Sequence record: NC_031927.1
Direction: 5' to 3' (one strand)
Length of the DNA: 64,000 bases
A program made the translations under genes and the position numbers. The notes beneath the pieces were generated by a model that was not told the origin of the DNA, did no database searches, and saw nothing but the letters and a program-made list of their open reading frames with translations. Shown here piece by piece: positions 21,540 through 32,638 of the stretch; the first letter of the stretch is position 1, and every line of letters starts with the position of its first letter.

Positions 21540-23723
21540 ATGGCAGCCTTTAATTTTCCAGCAAACCCAAGTGTAGGGGACCAAGTAACCAATGGAGGAG
21601 TTACTTATACTTGGGATGGTTACAAATGGAACACCACAACCGCACCATTTAGTGTAGGTGCTACTGGTGCTACGGGTCCATTGGGGTTTGGTATCTATGC
21701 CTTTTGTAGGACTACATCTACTGGTGTCTTACTTCCAAATTATGGTAGTGGTATTTTAGGTGTAAACAGAGTATCAACGGGTGTTTATAGATATACACTT
21801 TCTCAACCATATAATAGCGCGGATTATATGGCTCAGGTTTCATTAGTATCCTCGGGTAATATTAATCCATCCGATTGGAATGTTATTGTTGAAAATATTA
21901 CACCAACAACATTTGATGTATTCACATATAGAGCAAACAATACTCCAATCAACCTAGAACACGCCGTTACTGTATATGGTGTAGATGGTCCTACAGGTAC
22001 TGGTAGTGCCTATCAGTCTTGGTTGGAAGTTGGTAACTTTGGAACAGAACAGGATTTCATCAATTCACTACAAGGTCCTACAGGAGGATCTGGTGGGCAA
22101 GGCAGCACTGGTGCTACTGGTCCCATTGGTCCCAATGGAGCCACTGGTCCCCAAGGTTTGGATGGAACATCCGTTGCTCTAAAAGGTACGGTTGATGATG
22201 CTAGTGACCTACCATCAATCCCAGGTACTGTTGAGGGTGATTTGTATGTTGTTCTTAATACTGGTGGTGGTTTTAATGCTGGTGATGGTGCTGTAAAAAA
22301 TGACCTAACCACAGGCACTCTGGCTGATTGGAGTAATGTAGGTCCTCTACAAGGTCCTCAAGGAAATATCGGTCCAATAGGCGCAACTGGTCCCATAGGT
22401 TCTACTGGTCCCCAAGGTATTCCTTCTACTGATGGTGGCTTCTTTGTTCTTTCAGGTGAGAGAAGCGGACCTCCCGCTCTTAATCAATTCTTTGCGTGGG
22501 GTAATGGAGACAGTGCTGATAATGGAGTTCAAATCCAGGAAGGATGTTTCCTTGATTATGTTTCTATAACAGTAGAAAGACCATTTGGAACTATTCCAGT
22601 TGAAGTTACTGCTTATGTAAATGGCTCTGCTACTATACTTAAAGCTATTGGTACCACTGGATCAAAAACATCAACATCATCTGGTAGCCCTGTTGAGATT
22701 TTCCCAGGAGATTATGTAAATATTAGATGTTCTCAAACTGGTAACAACTCAACTGCTGGCGGAACTGTTGGTGGTTGTGTGGGTTCACTACTATTCTCTA
22801 CCGCAGGTGCGCGTGGTGCTACTGGCGAAACAGGTCCTCCTGGTCCCCCTGATGGCGCTACTGGTGATACTGGTCCTGTAGGTCCTCTTGGTCCTGTTGG
22901 TCCTACTGGTCCTCTTGGTGCTACTGGTCCCGTTGGTCCTACTGGTATTGGTGCTCCTGGTCCTGATGGTCCCACTGGAGCTACTGGTCCTAATGGTCCT
23001 GCTGGTCCCGTTGGTACTGTTGTGTTGGGTACTGTTGCTGATATTGCTAGCCTGCCCCCATCTGCTAATGTTGGTGAAGGTTTTGTAGTAACTGCCGAAG
23101 CTAATGATGTATATGTTTGGAATGGTTCTTCCTGGAATAGTATTGGACCAGTTCAAGGTCCTATAGGTCCCGTTGGTCCTGCTGGTCCTCAAGGTGCTAC
23201 TGGTATTAAAGAGCAGTCTTATATCAAGTCAACATTCCTAACCGAGTCAACTGTAAACTCATCAACAACATTCCAGTCATTTAACATACTCAATGATTCT
23301 GCTATCCTTGAATCGGGTGGATATAGATATGCCGCAGAGATACCTGGAAGACAAGGTATTGGTGCTGGTGGTATTATTGTCCCAGAAACTGGGATCTATA
23401 TGATTACTGCCTCACTATACTTCACAACACCTAGTGTGCAGAGAGCTAGTATTGGATTGAGATTTGCTATCGCAGAACTAGCAGATCCAGAAAATACAAA
23501 TGCCGAGGGAGTTGCTTTACCAGAAACAGGAGCTATGGGATACATTAGATCTGGTTCAGGTCATAATGAAGCATCAGTCACCCTTACAACTATCGCTAGC
23601 TTGGAAGTAATTCCTGGTGTTAGGGAAGATCAGGTTCAAATACAGTTGGCTAGATTGGCTTCGAGTGGTACTGTTAGTGTAGAAGCTAATCGTAGTATTA
23701 TTACCATTACAAAAATTGCCTAA
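21540..23723 (+). CDS. Collagen-like fibre protein, paralogous modules to 17378-21505
   Basis: FPANPSVGD...YTWDG.KW N-terminus; GPT/GAT repeats; shared GGFF...ER.G...FA.GNG and GYIR...HNE.S modules; CTAAATA upstream. Confidence 0.85.
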   Translation: MAAFNFPANPSVGDQVTNGGVTYTWDGYKWNTTTAPFSVGATGATGPLGFGIYAFCRTTSTGVLLPNYGSGILGVNRVSTGVYRYTLSQPYNSADYMAQVSLVSSGNINPSDWNVIVENITPTTFDVFTYRANNTPINLEHAVTVYGVDGPTGTGSAYQSWLEVGNFGTEQDFINSLQGPTGGSGGQGSTGATGPIGPNGATGPQGLDGTSVALKGTVDDASDLPSIPGTVEGDLYVVLNTGGGFNAGDGAVKNDLTTGTLADWSNVGPLQGPQGNIGPIGATGPIGSTGPQGIPSTDGGFFVLSGERSGPPALNQFFAWGNGDSADNGVQIQEGCFLDYVSITVERPFGTIPVEVTAYVNGSATILKAIGTTGSKTSTSSGSPVEIFPGDYVNIRCSQTGNNSTAGGTVGGCVGSLLFSTAGARGATGETGPPGPPDGATGDTGPVGPLGPVGPTGPLGATGPVGPTGIGAPGPDGPTGATGPNGPAGPVGTVVLGTVADIASLPPSANVGEGFVVTAEANDVYVWNGSSWNSIGPVQGPIGPVGPAGPQGATGIKEQSYIKSTFLTESTVNSSTTFQSFNILNDSAILESGGYRYAAEIPGRQGIGAGGIIVPETGIYMITASLYFTTPSVQRASIGLRFAIAELADPENTNAEGVALPETGAMGYIRSGSGHNEASVTLTTIASLEVIPGVREDQVQIQLARLASSGTVSVEANRSIITITKIA

Positions 23724-23749
23724 ATATTTTATGAAGAATAAAGTATGAT

Positions 23750-24340
23750 ATGGCTATACAAATACACCGAGGGATATTGGGGTCACATTCTCCTTTGATT
23801 TTATTCACGGGAAGAGCATCAGATGGAACCACTTCCGCTAATGGGGCAAATAGAATAAATGGGATAAGCGTACAGTATAATACTGATGATGCAGACTATG
23901 TTGATGTTATTGATGATAGTTTGACCACTTCAAACAACCATACAACATTTGATGTATATAAAGTTCATTATAGTGAATGGTTGGATGTTGATGGTAATTC
24001 TTTTGGCTCTGCCGAGAATGTTGTTCAGTATATTGAGCAACAAATAACAGCATCCCAGGATCGGATTGCGTTTACTCAAGCAACAGCACACACACTTACT
24101 GGTATTCCAGAGACCGTCAGTGCTTCTGTTGGTGTTGCATTCACATATAATGCAAACTACTACAATGGCGTTTCATACTTCTGGGATGAGGCATCTTTCC
24201 CATCTGGTGTGGAAGTTTCTCGTTATGATCGGAGGAGGATTAGTGGTATCGTCACACAGACTGGTTCATATACAATCAACTTCCAAGTAGCAAATCACAA
24301 TGGGACTGTCCCAACTAGCGTGATTGTTGATGTAACCTAA
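23750..24340 (+). CDS. Hypothetical virion protein with C-terminal Ig-like (He_PIG-like) segment
   Basis: SFPSGVEV...ISGIVTQTGSYTINFQVAN pattern; CTAAATA upstream. Confidence 0.6.
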   Translation: MAIQIHRGILGSHSPLILFTGRASDGTTSANGANRINGISVQYNTDDADYVDVIDDSLTTSNNHTTFDVYKVHYSEWLDVDGNSFGSAENVVQYIEQQITASQDRIAFTQATAHTLTGIPETVSASVGVAFTYNANYYNGVSYFWDEASFPSGVEVSRYDRRRISGIVTQTGSYTINFQVANHNGTVPTSVIVDVT

Positions 24341-24383
24341 AAGATATGCTATAATATCCAGGTACTTAACAAAAGATCATATT

Positions 24384-24500
24384 ATGTTCGGTTTTACTCC
24401 TGAAGCAGAAATCCTTAATGCTCGTCTAGCAATGCTAGGTTTCGTCATCGCAGTCGGAACCTACGCAACTACTGGTCAAATTATCCCCGGCGTATTCTAG
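24384..24500 (+). CDS. hli: High-light inducible protein (38 aa, AMG)
   Basis: MFGFTPEAEILNARLAMLGFVIAVGTYATTGQIIPGVF, carrying the AExxNxRxAMxG and TGQIIPG motifs; absent from the ORF track. Confidence 0.95.
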   Translation: MFGFTPEAEILNARLAMLGFVIAVGTYATTGQIIPGVF

Positions 24501-24533
24501 GATACAGTCTAAAAAAAACTAAATAGATATAAT

Positions 24534-24559
24534 AAGAGGGATGTATACCCTCTTTTTTT
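24534..24559 (+). terminator. Terminator after hli
   Basis: AAGAGGG-N7-CCCTCTT plus T-tract. Confidence 0.75.
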
Positions 24560-24572
24560 GTAGGGAAAAATA

Positions 24573-24749
24573 ATGGTCTTATTGCTTTGCTTCTTACCCC
24601 TTATAATAATCTTTATATTAATGAAGTTTATTTTATTGGTAGAAGAGTCCCATAAAGAAATTACCTATGTACGACAAGAACCAACCAGAGAACGAACATT
24701 TTTGGAAAACGTCTATGAAGACCTTGATGGCGAGGAAGATTGTGATTGA
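24573..24749 (+). CDS. Small membrane protein (58 aa)
   Basis: MVLLLCFLPLIIIFILMKFILL..., AGGGA RBS. Confidence 0.55.
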   Translation: MVLLLCFLPLIIIFILMKFILLVEESHKEITYVRQEPTRERTFLENVYEDLDGEEDCD

Positions 24750-24873
24750 TATTGAGGAGAAACTCCCAGGTCTCCTTGATGAGTGGTACCGTGAGCACGG
24801 ACTAGATACTCCACCGTGGAGACAAAATAAGCCATACTTTGATGATGATGGAAACATCATCAGACCTGATTAG
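24667..24873 (+). CDS. Hypothetical protein
   Basis: ORF with plausible composition; overlaps the preceding small ORF. Confidence 0.55.
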   Translation: MYDKNQPENEHFWKTSMKTLMARKIVIDIEEKLPGLLDEWYREHGLDTPPWRQNKPYFDDDGNIIRPD

Positions 24874-24909
24874 ATATAAATATCTCTGAAGAGAAGATTA
24901 TATCTTACA

Positions 24910-26463
24910 ATGTCTCAAATTATATTCCCGAGTAACCCATCAGTTGGTGAATTTTATAATGTGGGTGATGTTACATATAAGTGGGATGGATCTAAATGGA
25001 TCTCTACCAGCGTAGCCCCAGTAAATATTGGAGCAACTGGACCATCTGGTCCTGCTGGACCTACTGGAGCTACAGGATCAACTGTTGTTGATGGTAGTGA
25101 TATCTCTGCTGGTGTAGTGACCGCAACAGAATTTGACGGTAATCTCAGTGGAAATGTCGCTGGCGATACTACTGGTATCCATAATGGGGATGTATATGCT
25201 AGAGATGGATCTAAAATTATATTAGAAACTGCTATTAATAATGGTGATACAGCACACTATACAGGCACAGTAACTGGCGACGTAACTGGAGATACAACAG
25301 GAACACATTACGGAACCAATACCGGTCAGCAGCACGGAGATGTGTACACCAATGACGGTGGTCAGCAAGTCATAGATACTGCTGCTATTCCATCTCCCCT
25401 ATTCAAAGGTGATGCGGAAGGTTTAGATGGTGACCCAAATATACAAGTAACTAACCTAACAGTAGTTGGCTTAACTAATGTTGGCGTTGTAACTGCTGCC
25501 GAAATAACTACAGATGATCTTAATGCTGATAGTGTAATTGCTGGGTTTGTTACATCAGTAAACTCATATACTAGTGGAATCGCTACTGCTGGAAAGTTTT
25601 ATGGTGATGGTTCAAACCTAACTGGAATAGCAACACAGTCTGGTGCTACTGGAGCCACTGGTCCCCAAGGTTCTCAAGGTGCTACTGGTATTCCTGGTCC
25701 TTTTGGTCCATATGGAATCACAGGAGCTACTGGTGCAACTGGTGTTGATGGTCCTGTTGGTTCTACTGGAGCCACAGGTGATCCTGGTTTAGCTGCTATG
25801 TGCTTCACATATAGGTATGATAGTGATACTGATACTAACGATGAGCCATTGAGTGGTCGCATCAGCTTCAACAATTCAAACCCAGAAAATGCAACTGTTA
25901 TTGCGATCAATGATACTAATGGAGATGCTGTTGATATCTCAAACTTCTTTGGTCTATTTGGTGCTGGATCTAAAGTTTATATTCAAGAGGAGAGAGATGC
26001 TAGTAGCTTTATTCTTCTCACACTAAACGCAGGAGCTTCTGATCAAGGTGGTTGGTATAAGTTCACCAACTTTACAGTCAACATATCTGGTAATGTTACC
26101 TTTACTAACCTCAATAAGTTGATGGTTTGTGTTCAGCCACAAGGTCCAGCTGGTCCAACGGGCGCAACGGGTCTTACTGGAGCTGGAACTTCGGCAACAT
26201 CATTCCAGTGGAACGATCATATCATCCCAGATTCAACGGAGTCTTATGATATAGGTTCAGCAGAATATAAAGTTCGCCACCTATTTTTAAGTGATAACTC
26301 TGTTTATACTGATAGTGGGGAGGTTAGAGTTGGCTTCTCAACCCAAGTTGGAACATCAACCAAGATGCTAAAAGGAACAAAACTACAAGAGATTGTGGCT
26401 AATTCTGTTGACTTCGCAGACTTTAAAGTTAAGATGGCTTCGGAGGATTTTGGTTCCTTATGA
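24910..26463 (+). CDS. Fibre protein with short collagen segments
   Basis: [16 protein letters not shown]-terminus, GAT repeats, WNDHIIPD...YDIGSAE; TATAAATA at 24875. Confidence 0.85.
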   Translation: MSQIIFPSNPSVGEFYNVGDVTYKWDGSKWISTSVAPVNIGATGPSGPAGPTGATGSTVVDGSDISAGVVTATEFDGNLSGNVAGDTTGIHNGDVYARDGSKIILETAINNGDTAHYTGTVTGDVTGDTTGTHYGTNTGQQHGDVYTNDGGQQVIDTAAIPSPLFKGDAEGLDGDPNIQVTNLTVVGLTNVGVVTAAEITTDDLNADSVIAGFVTSVNSYTSGIATAGKFYGDGSNLTGIATQSGATGATGPQGSQGATGIPGPFGPYGITGATGATGVDGPVGSTGATGDPGLAAMCFTYRYDSDTDTNDEPLSGRISFNNSNPENATVIAINDTNGDAVDISNFFGLFGAGSKVYIQEERDASSFILLTLNAGASDQGGWYKFTNFTVNISGNVTFTNLNKLMVCVQPQGPAGPTGATGLTGAGTSATSFQWNDHIIPDSTESYDIGSAEYKVRHLFLSDNSVYTDSGEVRVGFSTQVGTSTKMLKGTKLQEIVANSVDFADFKVKMASEDFGSL

Positions 26464-26507
26464 ATGGAGTATAAATAACCTTAGGGAATCCATAGTATTA
26501 TTACAAG

Positions 26508-29500
26508 ATGGCTTACAAGATTAATGGCGTCATTCGCTTAGCAGATAACGGAGACGCAAATTTAGGTTTAGTAACCGCAACCAATATTAACTCCACTGGT
26601 GTAGCCACGGCTACGGAGTTTGATGGTAAGGTATCAAAGAAGGCTATAACCGAGCAGACCGAAGGTGATGATTCTAATGTTACTGGTGCCGATGAACTTC
26701 TAATTTATGATCAACAGACCGATTCCCTATTAAGAGTGTCTGTTGATGATTTTATTAGTGCGTCTGGTATTGGTACTTTAGTTAATGATTTTAATCATAT
26801 TGATAGTGACTCACTAGTCGTAACTGGACTATCAACTATTGGTGGAGTTGAGATTGGTGCTGGTATTATTACAGCATCTGCAGGGGTTGGAGTTGTAACA
26901 TTCTATGGTGATGGTAGTAATTTAGAAGGAGTTATTACTACACCTTCCATTGTTTCTACCACAGAGCCAACCACTAGACCCAATGGTGATGACCTAGAAC
27001 AGGGTGACCTATGGTTCTCTAGTGCTGCTGGCGAAGGGCAATTAAGACAATATACTTATTATAATGGTGCTTGGATTGATTCCAACCCAATGAATGGTGG
27101 TACTTCTGTATATGCTGCAGTAGCTGGTGTATCTACTAATGTAAATGGAACTGGAATTGTAACTGCTAGCCAAGGTAATTTTAGTGGTATTGTAACTGCA
27201 GGTTCTTTTATTGGCGATGGGTCAGGTCTAACTGGTTTAGGTGATTTGACTGGAGCCACTGGTGCAACTGGTGCAGATTCAATTGTTCCAGGTCCCCAAG
27301 GTTCTACTGGTGCTACTGGTCCTAAAGGTGATCAAGGTGATGCAGTAATTGGAGCCACTGGATCCACTGGTCCCCAAGGAGATATTGGTGCTTCTGGTGC
27401 TACTGGTCCTAAAGGTGACCAAGGTGATGCCGTAATTGGTGCTACTGGTCCTCAAGGAGATATTGGTGCCTCTGGTGCTACTGGTCCTAAAGGAGACCAA
27501 GGTGATGCAATTATTGGTGCTACAGGCGCTACTGGTGACCAAGGTGATGAGGGTCCTGTAGGAGCCTCTGGTGCTACTGGTCCTAAAGGAGACCAAGGTG
27601 ATGCAATTATTGGTGCTACAGGCGCTACTGGTGACCAAGGTGATGAGGGTCCTGTAGGAGCCTCTGGTGCTACTGGTCCCAAAGGTGACCAAGGTGATGC
27701 AGTAATCGGTGCTACCGGTCCTCAAGGTGATATTGGTGCCTCTGGTGCAACTGGTCCTCAAGGTGATATTGGTGCCTCTGGTGCTACTGGTCCTAAAGGA
27801 GACCCAGGTTCTGCTGGGGTTTCTGCTACATTAACAGCAGGTACATATCTATCCGGCGATTCATATAACGGCAGCACTAGTAGAACTTGGACAGTAGATG
27901 CTACTTCAGCAAATACTGCGTCTAAAGTTGTTGCTAGAGATGCTAGTGGTAATTCTAGTTTTAAGAAAATAACAGTAGATACTGATTCCGATACTGATGG
28001 ACAGGTAGCTGCACATTTCTATGGTGCGAATGGGTCTACGAATCGCGGTCTTGAAGTACGCCTTTCTTCGGCGGGTTCTATAGATAATGCTAAGGTTATT
28101 TTAGATGCCAAACAAGCTGCAGATGGTGAACTTTGGATTGCTACTAGGGGTGTAGAAAGAGCTGCATTTGATAGTGGATCTTTTAAAATGGGTGCGAATG
28201 TTGGCACTTCGCCAGAAGTTCTGATTAATAGCTCTGGTGATGCCACCTTCGCTGGCGATATCACCGCAGCTAGTTTTAGTGGTGATGGTTCTGGTCTAAC
28301 CAACCTACCTGGTGGTGGTAGTCCCGGAGATCCTTCTGCTGCTTCTGCTGATAAACTAACAACATCTAGAACCTTATGGGGTCAAAGCTTTGATGGTACT
28401 GCTAATGTATCAGGTAATCTTACTGGTGTGACCAATATTACCTTATCAGGTACTGTTGATGGTCGTAATGTATTGGATGATGGTCAAGCTGGTGATAACC
28501 TAATAACATTAAGTGGTGTTGCTCGCGATGCTACTAATCTAGGAACCTTCACAGGCGCTACTATTTCTGATAATGACACCATTAAAGGAGCTTTACAAGA
28601 CCTAGAGACCGCATTGGAATCAACTCCAGGCTCTCCCAGCGGTCCTACTGGTGGTGAGGCAGATAGTCTATTGCTAGCAGCACGTAATAGTACCAATGCA
28701 ACTCACTATCTAACATTCGCAACCGCACGGACTGGACAGCAGTCTCAATATACTGATACTGGATTAACATATAACCCAAGCACAAATACTCTTAGTGCAA
28801 CATTTAGTGGTAATGGTTCTAGTCTAACTTCACTCAATGCATCTAATCTTGGTTCTGGAACCATTCCCAACGATAGATTCCCTGCTGTATTACCAACAGT
28901 TAGTGGAGAAAATCTAACTAACTTACCTGGTAGTGGATCCCCAGGCGCTCCTGGTGCCGCTACGATTGCAGTAACTGACGAATCATCTGACACAGAAAAC
29001 TTCCTAGTATTCACTAATGATGCTGTAGGTAATGAGCTTCCAAAGACTGGAAGTAATTTAACATTTAATGCATCTACAGGACGGCTAACAGCCACTAGCT
29101 TTAGTGGTAATGGTTCTAGTCTAACTTCACTCAATGCATCTAATCTTAGTTCTGGAACCATTCCCAACGATAGATTCCCTGCTATATTACCAGTAGCTGA
29201 TGGTTCTAACTTAACTAACATTAGTCGTTCTGACGTATCAACTAGTGTACAAGTAATTACAAATAATACTGCTAACGAAACTGTATTTATTACCTTTTCT
29301 GACGGTCAATCAGGAACCCAAAGAATAGAAACTGATGTCGATCTTACTTACAATCCTTCGACAAATACTCTCAGTGCAACATTCTCTGGTAATGGTTCTA
29401 ATCTAACTAACCTAACTTCAGGTAACCTAGTGGGTGCTTTGCCTGCTATTGATGGTTCTTCTCTTACTGGAATTAATGCAGCAAAGGATGGTATATTCTA

Positions 29501-29633
29501 CGAAAACGGCACAAATGTTACGCAGAATTATACAATCACTTCAGGCAAAAATGCTATGAGTGCTGGTCCAATCACTATTAATACCGGAGTAACCGTAACA
29601 GTTCCTACTGGATCTGAGTGGACAGTTGTGTAA
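26508..29633 (+). CDS. Tail/virion fibre protein with collagen and repeated LTYNPST modules
   Basis: GPKGDQG/GAT repeats, F.G.GS.LT.L repeats, C-terminal [27 protein letters not shown]; TATAAATA at 26470. Confidence 0.88.
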   Translation: MAYKINGVIRLADNGDANLGLVTATNINSTGVATATEFDGKVSKKAITEQTEGDDSNVTGADELLIYDQQTDSLLRVSVDDFISASGIGTLVNDFNHIDSDSLVVTGLSTIGGVEIGAGIITASAGVGVVTFYGDGSNLEGVITTPSIVSTTEPTTRPNGDDLEQGDLWFSSAAGEGQLRQYTYYNGAWIDSNPMNGGTSVYAAVAGVSTNVNGTGIVTASQGNFSGIVTAGSFIGDGSGLTGLGDLTGATGATGADSIVPGPQGSTGATGPKGDQGDAVIGATGSTGPQGDIGASGATGPKGDQGDAVIGATGPQGDIGASGATGPKGDQGDAIIGATGATGDQGDEGPVGASGATGPKGDQGDAIIGATGATGDQGDEGPVGASGATGPKGDQGDAVIGATGPQGDIGASGATGPQGDIGASGATGPKGDPGSAGVSATLTAGTYLSGDSYNGSTSRTWTVDATSANTASKVVARDASGNSSFKKITVDTDSDTDGQVAAHFYGANGSTNRGLEVRLSSAGSIDNAKVILDAKQAADGELWIATRGVERAAFDSGSFKMGANVGTSPEVLINSSGDATFAGDITAASFSGDGSGLTNLPGGGSPGDPSAASADKLTTSRTLWGQSFDGTANVSGNLTGVTNITLSGTVDGRNVLDDGQAGDNLITLSGVARDATNLGTFTGATISDNDTIKGALQDLETALESTPGSPSGPTGGEADSLLLAARNSTNATHYLTFATARTGQQSQYTDTGLTYNPSTNTLSATFSGNGSSLTSLNASNLGSGTIPNDRFPAVLPTVSGENLTNLPGSGSPGAPGAATIAVTDESSDTENFLVFTNDAVGNELPKTGSNLTFNASTGRLTATSFSGNGSSLTSLNASNLSSGTIPNDRFPAILPVADGSNLTNISRSDVSTSVQVITNNTANETVFITFSDGQSGTQRIETDVDLTYNPSTNTLSATFSGNGSNLTNLTSGNLVGALPAIDGSSLTGINAAKDGIFYENGTNVTQNYTITSGKNAMSAGPITINTGVTVTVPTGSEWTVV

Positions 29634-29678
29634 TTTATGATATACTATATACTTTATAATTGAAGTATAATCATTACA

Positions 29679-29852
29679 ATGAACAAGGACAGACGATTTT
29701 TCGTCGAAATACAAGAAGACGTTGCCTCTGGTGACCTTATTGTTAGTATTCCCCCAGAAATCCTCAACGAGTATTGCTGGTATGAGGGTGCTGAGTTAGA
29801 ATGGGCACTGGAGGGTGACGAAGTGATCCTCCGCGAATCAACTAATGACTGA
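29679..29852 (+). CDS. AbrB/MazE-like swapped-hairpin DNA-binding protein (57 aa)
   Basis: VEIQED..GDLIVSIPPEILNEYCWYEGAELEWALEGDEVIL pattern; absent from the track. Confidence 0.65.
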   Translation: MNKDRRFFVEIQEDVASGDLIVSIPPEILNEYCWYEGAELEWALEGDEVILRESTND

Positions 29853-30030
29853 TACAATCTATCACATTTACATGAACAACACTTGTATTCGGGCTTGCCT
29901 AAGTGAGTCTGAATTCAAAAAGGAAATGGTCGGCATCAAAACATATTTGGAGTTGACCAATCACAGTAAAGATGCTACACTTGAATACGTAGAGTGCGAA
30001 GCGCCTACTTATACAGATGCTTCGTACTAA
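29845..30030 (+). CDS. Hypothetical protein
   Basis: Overlaps the AbrB-like stop; ORF track. Confidence 0.7.
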   Translation: MTDTIYHIYMNNTCIRACLSESEFKKEMVGIKTYLELTNHSKDATLEYVECEAPTYTDASY

Positions 30031-30076
30031 CTACAGTACTAGTATTAATTGAAACGTTTCATTATTATCGAATATT

Positions 30077-30844
30077 ATGGCTAAAGGATTTACCGTCAAA
30101 GCAAAAGAACCACCCAAGGGTAAGGTTGCTGATCAAGTTGAAGAGTGGGATTATGCAAAGGCAAAGGAGATGCTCAGAGGTAAGAGCATTGTTTTCTGCC
30201 TCCCTGGTCGTGGCGTAAGCTATACCTACCTAAAGAACTTTGTTCAAATGTGTTTTGACCTAGTTCAAATGGGAGCATCTATTCAGATCTCTCAAGACTA
30301 CAGTTCAATGGTCAACTTTGCACGTTGTAAGTGCCTCGGTGCTAACGTTCTACGTGGACCCGACCAGATTCCCTGGGACGGTAAGCTCAAGTATGACTAC
30401 CAGCTCTGGATTGATAGCGACATCGTATTCAACACCCAGAAGCTTCTACAACTTGTCCTTATGGATAAGGACATTGCTACTGGTTGGTACTCTACTGAAG
30501 ATGGTCGTACCACTTCCGTAGCTCACTGGCTAGAGGAAGATGACTTCGCCAAGAACGGCGGTGTTATGAACCACGAAATGGTTGAAGGAATCTCCAAGCG
30601 TAAGAAGCCTTTCACTGTTGACTATGCTGGTTTCGGTTGGATCCTACTTAAGAACGGTGTGTTTGAGCACCCCGAGATGAAGTACCCCTGGTTCGCTCCC
30701 AAGATGCAAGTCTTTGATTCAGGCGCTGTACAAGATATGTGTGGTGAAGATGTTAGCTTCTGCCTAGATGCTATCGCTGCTGGCTTTGAGATCTGGTGTG
30801 ATCCTCGCATCCGCGTAGGACACGAAAAGACCCGAGTCATCTGA
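30077..30844 (+). CDS. Conserved cyanophage GT-A-fold (glycosyltransferase-like) protein
   Basis: LWIDSDIVF (DxD), GFGWILL, GEDVSFC, VGHEK. Confidence 0.75.
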   Translation: MAKGFTVKAKEPPKGKVADQVEEWDYAKAKEMLRGKSIVFCLPGRGVSYTYLKNFVQMCFDLVQMGASIQISQDYSSMVNFARCKCLGANVLRGPDQIPWDGKLKYDYQLWIDSDIVFNTQKLLQLVLMDKDIATGWYSTEDGRTTSVAHWLEEDDFAKNGGVMNHEMVEGISKRKKPFTVDYAGFGWILLKNGVFEHPEMKYPWFAPKMQVFDSGAVQDMCGEDVSFCLDAIAAGFEIWCDPRIRVGHEKTRVI

Positions 30845-30921
30845 TCACTTTATAAACTGTCCACCACCTCCTACGGGGGGTGGTTTTTTAATGTATAATA
30901 ACTCTGTTCGAGTAAATTCCT

Positions 30922-31131
30922 ATGTCTAAAGGCATCACAAATCTATTAGTTCAAGTAGATCATTCCGATGGTCATAAATATACCTTCACAAAAGATTTTC
31001 ATGGCATCAAAATTAAATATACGTCTGATCTAATTTCTGAAGATTTGCCCCGAGAGGTATTCATCCCAGATAATTCTGTATCAGCTATTATTCATGCTTT
31101 GAGCCTCATCTCTCAAAATCCAGAATACTGA
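30922..31131 (+). CDS. Hypothetical protein
   Basis: Follows a terminator/promoter module (TATAAT at 30894). Confidence 0.65.
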   Translation: MSKGITNLLVQVDHSDGHKYTFTKDFHGIKIKYTSDLISEDLPREVFIPDNSVSAIIHALSLISQNPEY

Positions 31132-31139
31132 AAAATATT

Positions 31140-31634
31140 ATGTATACACACAACGAACATCCTGGGTTCTACGATAAGTGGTTTAAGATTTGGTCTGACT
31201 GCACCCCAGAAGTACTAGACGCCACTGCTATTATCCGTGTAATGGAATGCACTAATGGTTGCGTTCAGTATGGTTTTCGTGGAGAAAGCCCCAACGCACT
31301 ATCGGTAGAACAGACCCGTGAGTGTATGAAGGTCTCTATGGGGGCTATAAAGAGCAAGAAGCTGCCTCTACCAACAGGGGAGGTAATCTATATGCCAGAA
31401 GAAGCAATCCCCCTTATGAACGAAGCTAGGGACCTCTACCAGAAAATGAAGGCAAGAGACATTGATGCTTATGATGAGTTCTTTGCTCTATCCACAGCAC
31501 ACTTCCATGTCCTAGGCAAGAAGATTATTGATGAGAAGTTTGCATTCTTAACAGAACATTTTGGTGATGTCTTCACCGAGTATTGGATTGATAGGGGTAG
31601 GGAGTATATCTATGATGCTCTAAGTCCAGCCTAA
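31140..31634 (+). CDS. Hypothetical protein
   Basis: ORF track; phage-like codon usage. Confidence 0.75.
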   Translation: MYTHNEHPGFYDKWFKIWSDCTPEVLDATAIIRVMECTNGCVQYGFRGESPNALSVEQTRECMKVSMGAIKSKKLPLPTGEVIYMPEEAIPLMNEARDLYQKMKARDIDAYDEFFALSTAHFHVLGKKIIDEKFAFLTEHFGDVFTEYWIDRGREYIYDALSPA

Positions 31635-31658
31635 ATAACTATAACAGCCTGTATCATC

Positions 31659-31838
31659 ATGTCTGAATCTGCCTCACGTGTTTATGATGCCGTTACTCAG
31701 GCTGGTATGAGTATCACTCCCGAAGCCATTGCTGCTGCTATTAGGTGTGCCGCAATGGAATGTCGGGATGATCAAGGCAACATTAGCCTAGCTAAGATGT
31801 ACGAATTAACCTGTGAATTAGAAACTATTTTATTATGA
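31659..31838 (+). CDS. Small hypothetical protein
   Basis: MSESASRVYDAV..., after CTAAATA, with ATGA overlap to the next gene. Confidence 0.6.
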   Translation: MSESASRVYDAVTQAGMSITPEAIAAAIRCAAMECRDDQGNISLAKMYELTCELETILL

Positions 31839-32095
31839 ATCCAATTTATTATCTCGATGCCGTACTTGTTATCATAGTATTCATTGCTATTACTGATGCT
31901 AATGTGGCTCCTTGGTTAGGGCTACAGTTTAAGGTATTGACTGTGGAATTACGTAGGCAGTGGCTTCTTCTTAAGATGAAGCCCGATCTATGGCTAATGA
32001 AGTGGAGAATGAAAAGAGTTCTTAAGAAACTACAGCAGGATGCAGAACTTCAGGCTATAATCAAAGAACATTATGAACAAGAGAATAAAGAATGA
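31835..32095 (+). CDS. Hypothetical membrane protein
   Basis: N-terminal hydrophobic helix followed by a basic amphipathic segment. Confidence 0.7.
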   Translation: MNPIYYLDAVLVIIVFIAITDANVAPWLGLQFKVLTVELRRQWLLLKMKPDLWLMKWRMKRVLKKLQQDAELQAIIKEHYEQENKE

Positions 32096-32271
32096 TACTT
32101 TTAGCGGCAGCAGCCACAACAATGCTCACTTGTGCCCAAGTGCAGCACGTTGAGAAGGGTGTTTTAGTACACCCAATGTTAACTTATACCCAAAGAGCAG
32201 AGATTATATTAGAGCTTGATATCGCAACAAACGAAGAATGTGATTTGGGTTATAACAATGGGGATGTTTGA
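32092..32271 (+). CDS. Small hypothetical protein with signal-like N-terminus
   Basis: ATGA overlap; MILLAAAATTMLTC. Confidence 0.55.
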   Translation: MILLAAAATTMLTCAQVQHVEKGVLVHPMLTYTQRAEIILELDIATNEECDLGYNNGDV

Positions 32272-32614
32272 TGAGGTAAAATGCTCTGCCCCCATTGGAG
32301 AGCTTACTAATGTCTTAACACAGACAAAAGATATATCAGATGATTACTGGGAGGGGGGCACAATGTCCTTCTACTGGATTGACCCATCTGGTCATATGTG
32401 GGCAACCGATTACTCTGGTACATATGATTTTGTCTTTGATGGGGCAAGATATACTACAGTAAGAACCAAAAATAAGGGTAAAGTATTTCCAATGAGCATC
32501 ACAAGAAGTATAGAAATATACAATTGTAAGATGCAAGCTGATGGATATGTTGATACTACGCTGTGTGAGCTTAGGATATGCGAAGGAAAGCTAATAAATT
32601 ACAAGTATAAATAA
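32258..32614 (+). CDS. Hypothetical protein (MGMFD.V.C family)
   Basis: ATG at 32258 preferred over the track start at 32216. Confidence 0.7.
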   Translation: MGMFDEVKCSAPIGELTNVLTQTKDISDDYWEGGTMSFYWIDPSGHMWATDYSGTYDFVFDGARYTTVRTKNKGKVFPMSITRSIEIYNCKMQADGYVDTTLCELRICEGKLINYKYK

Positions 32615-32638
32615 ACCATACGGATTTATTTTGTTACG

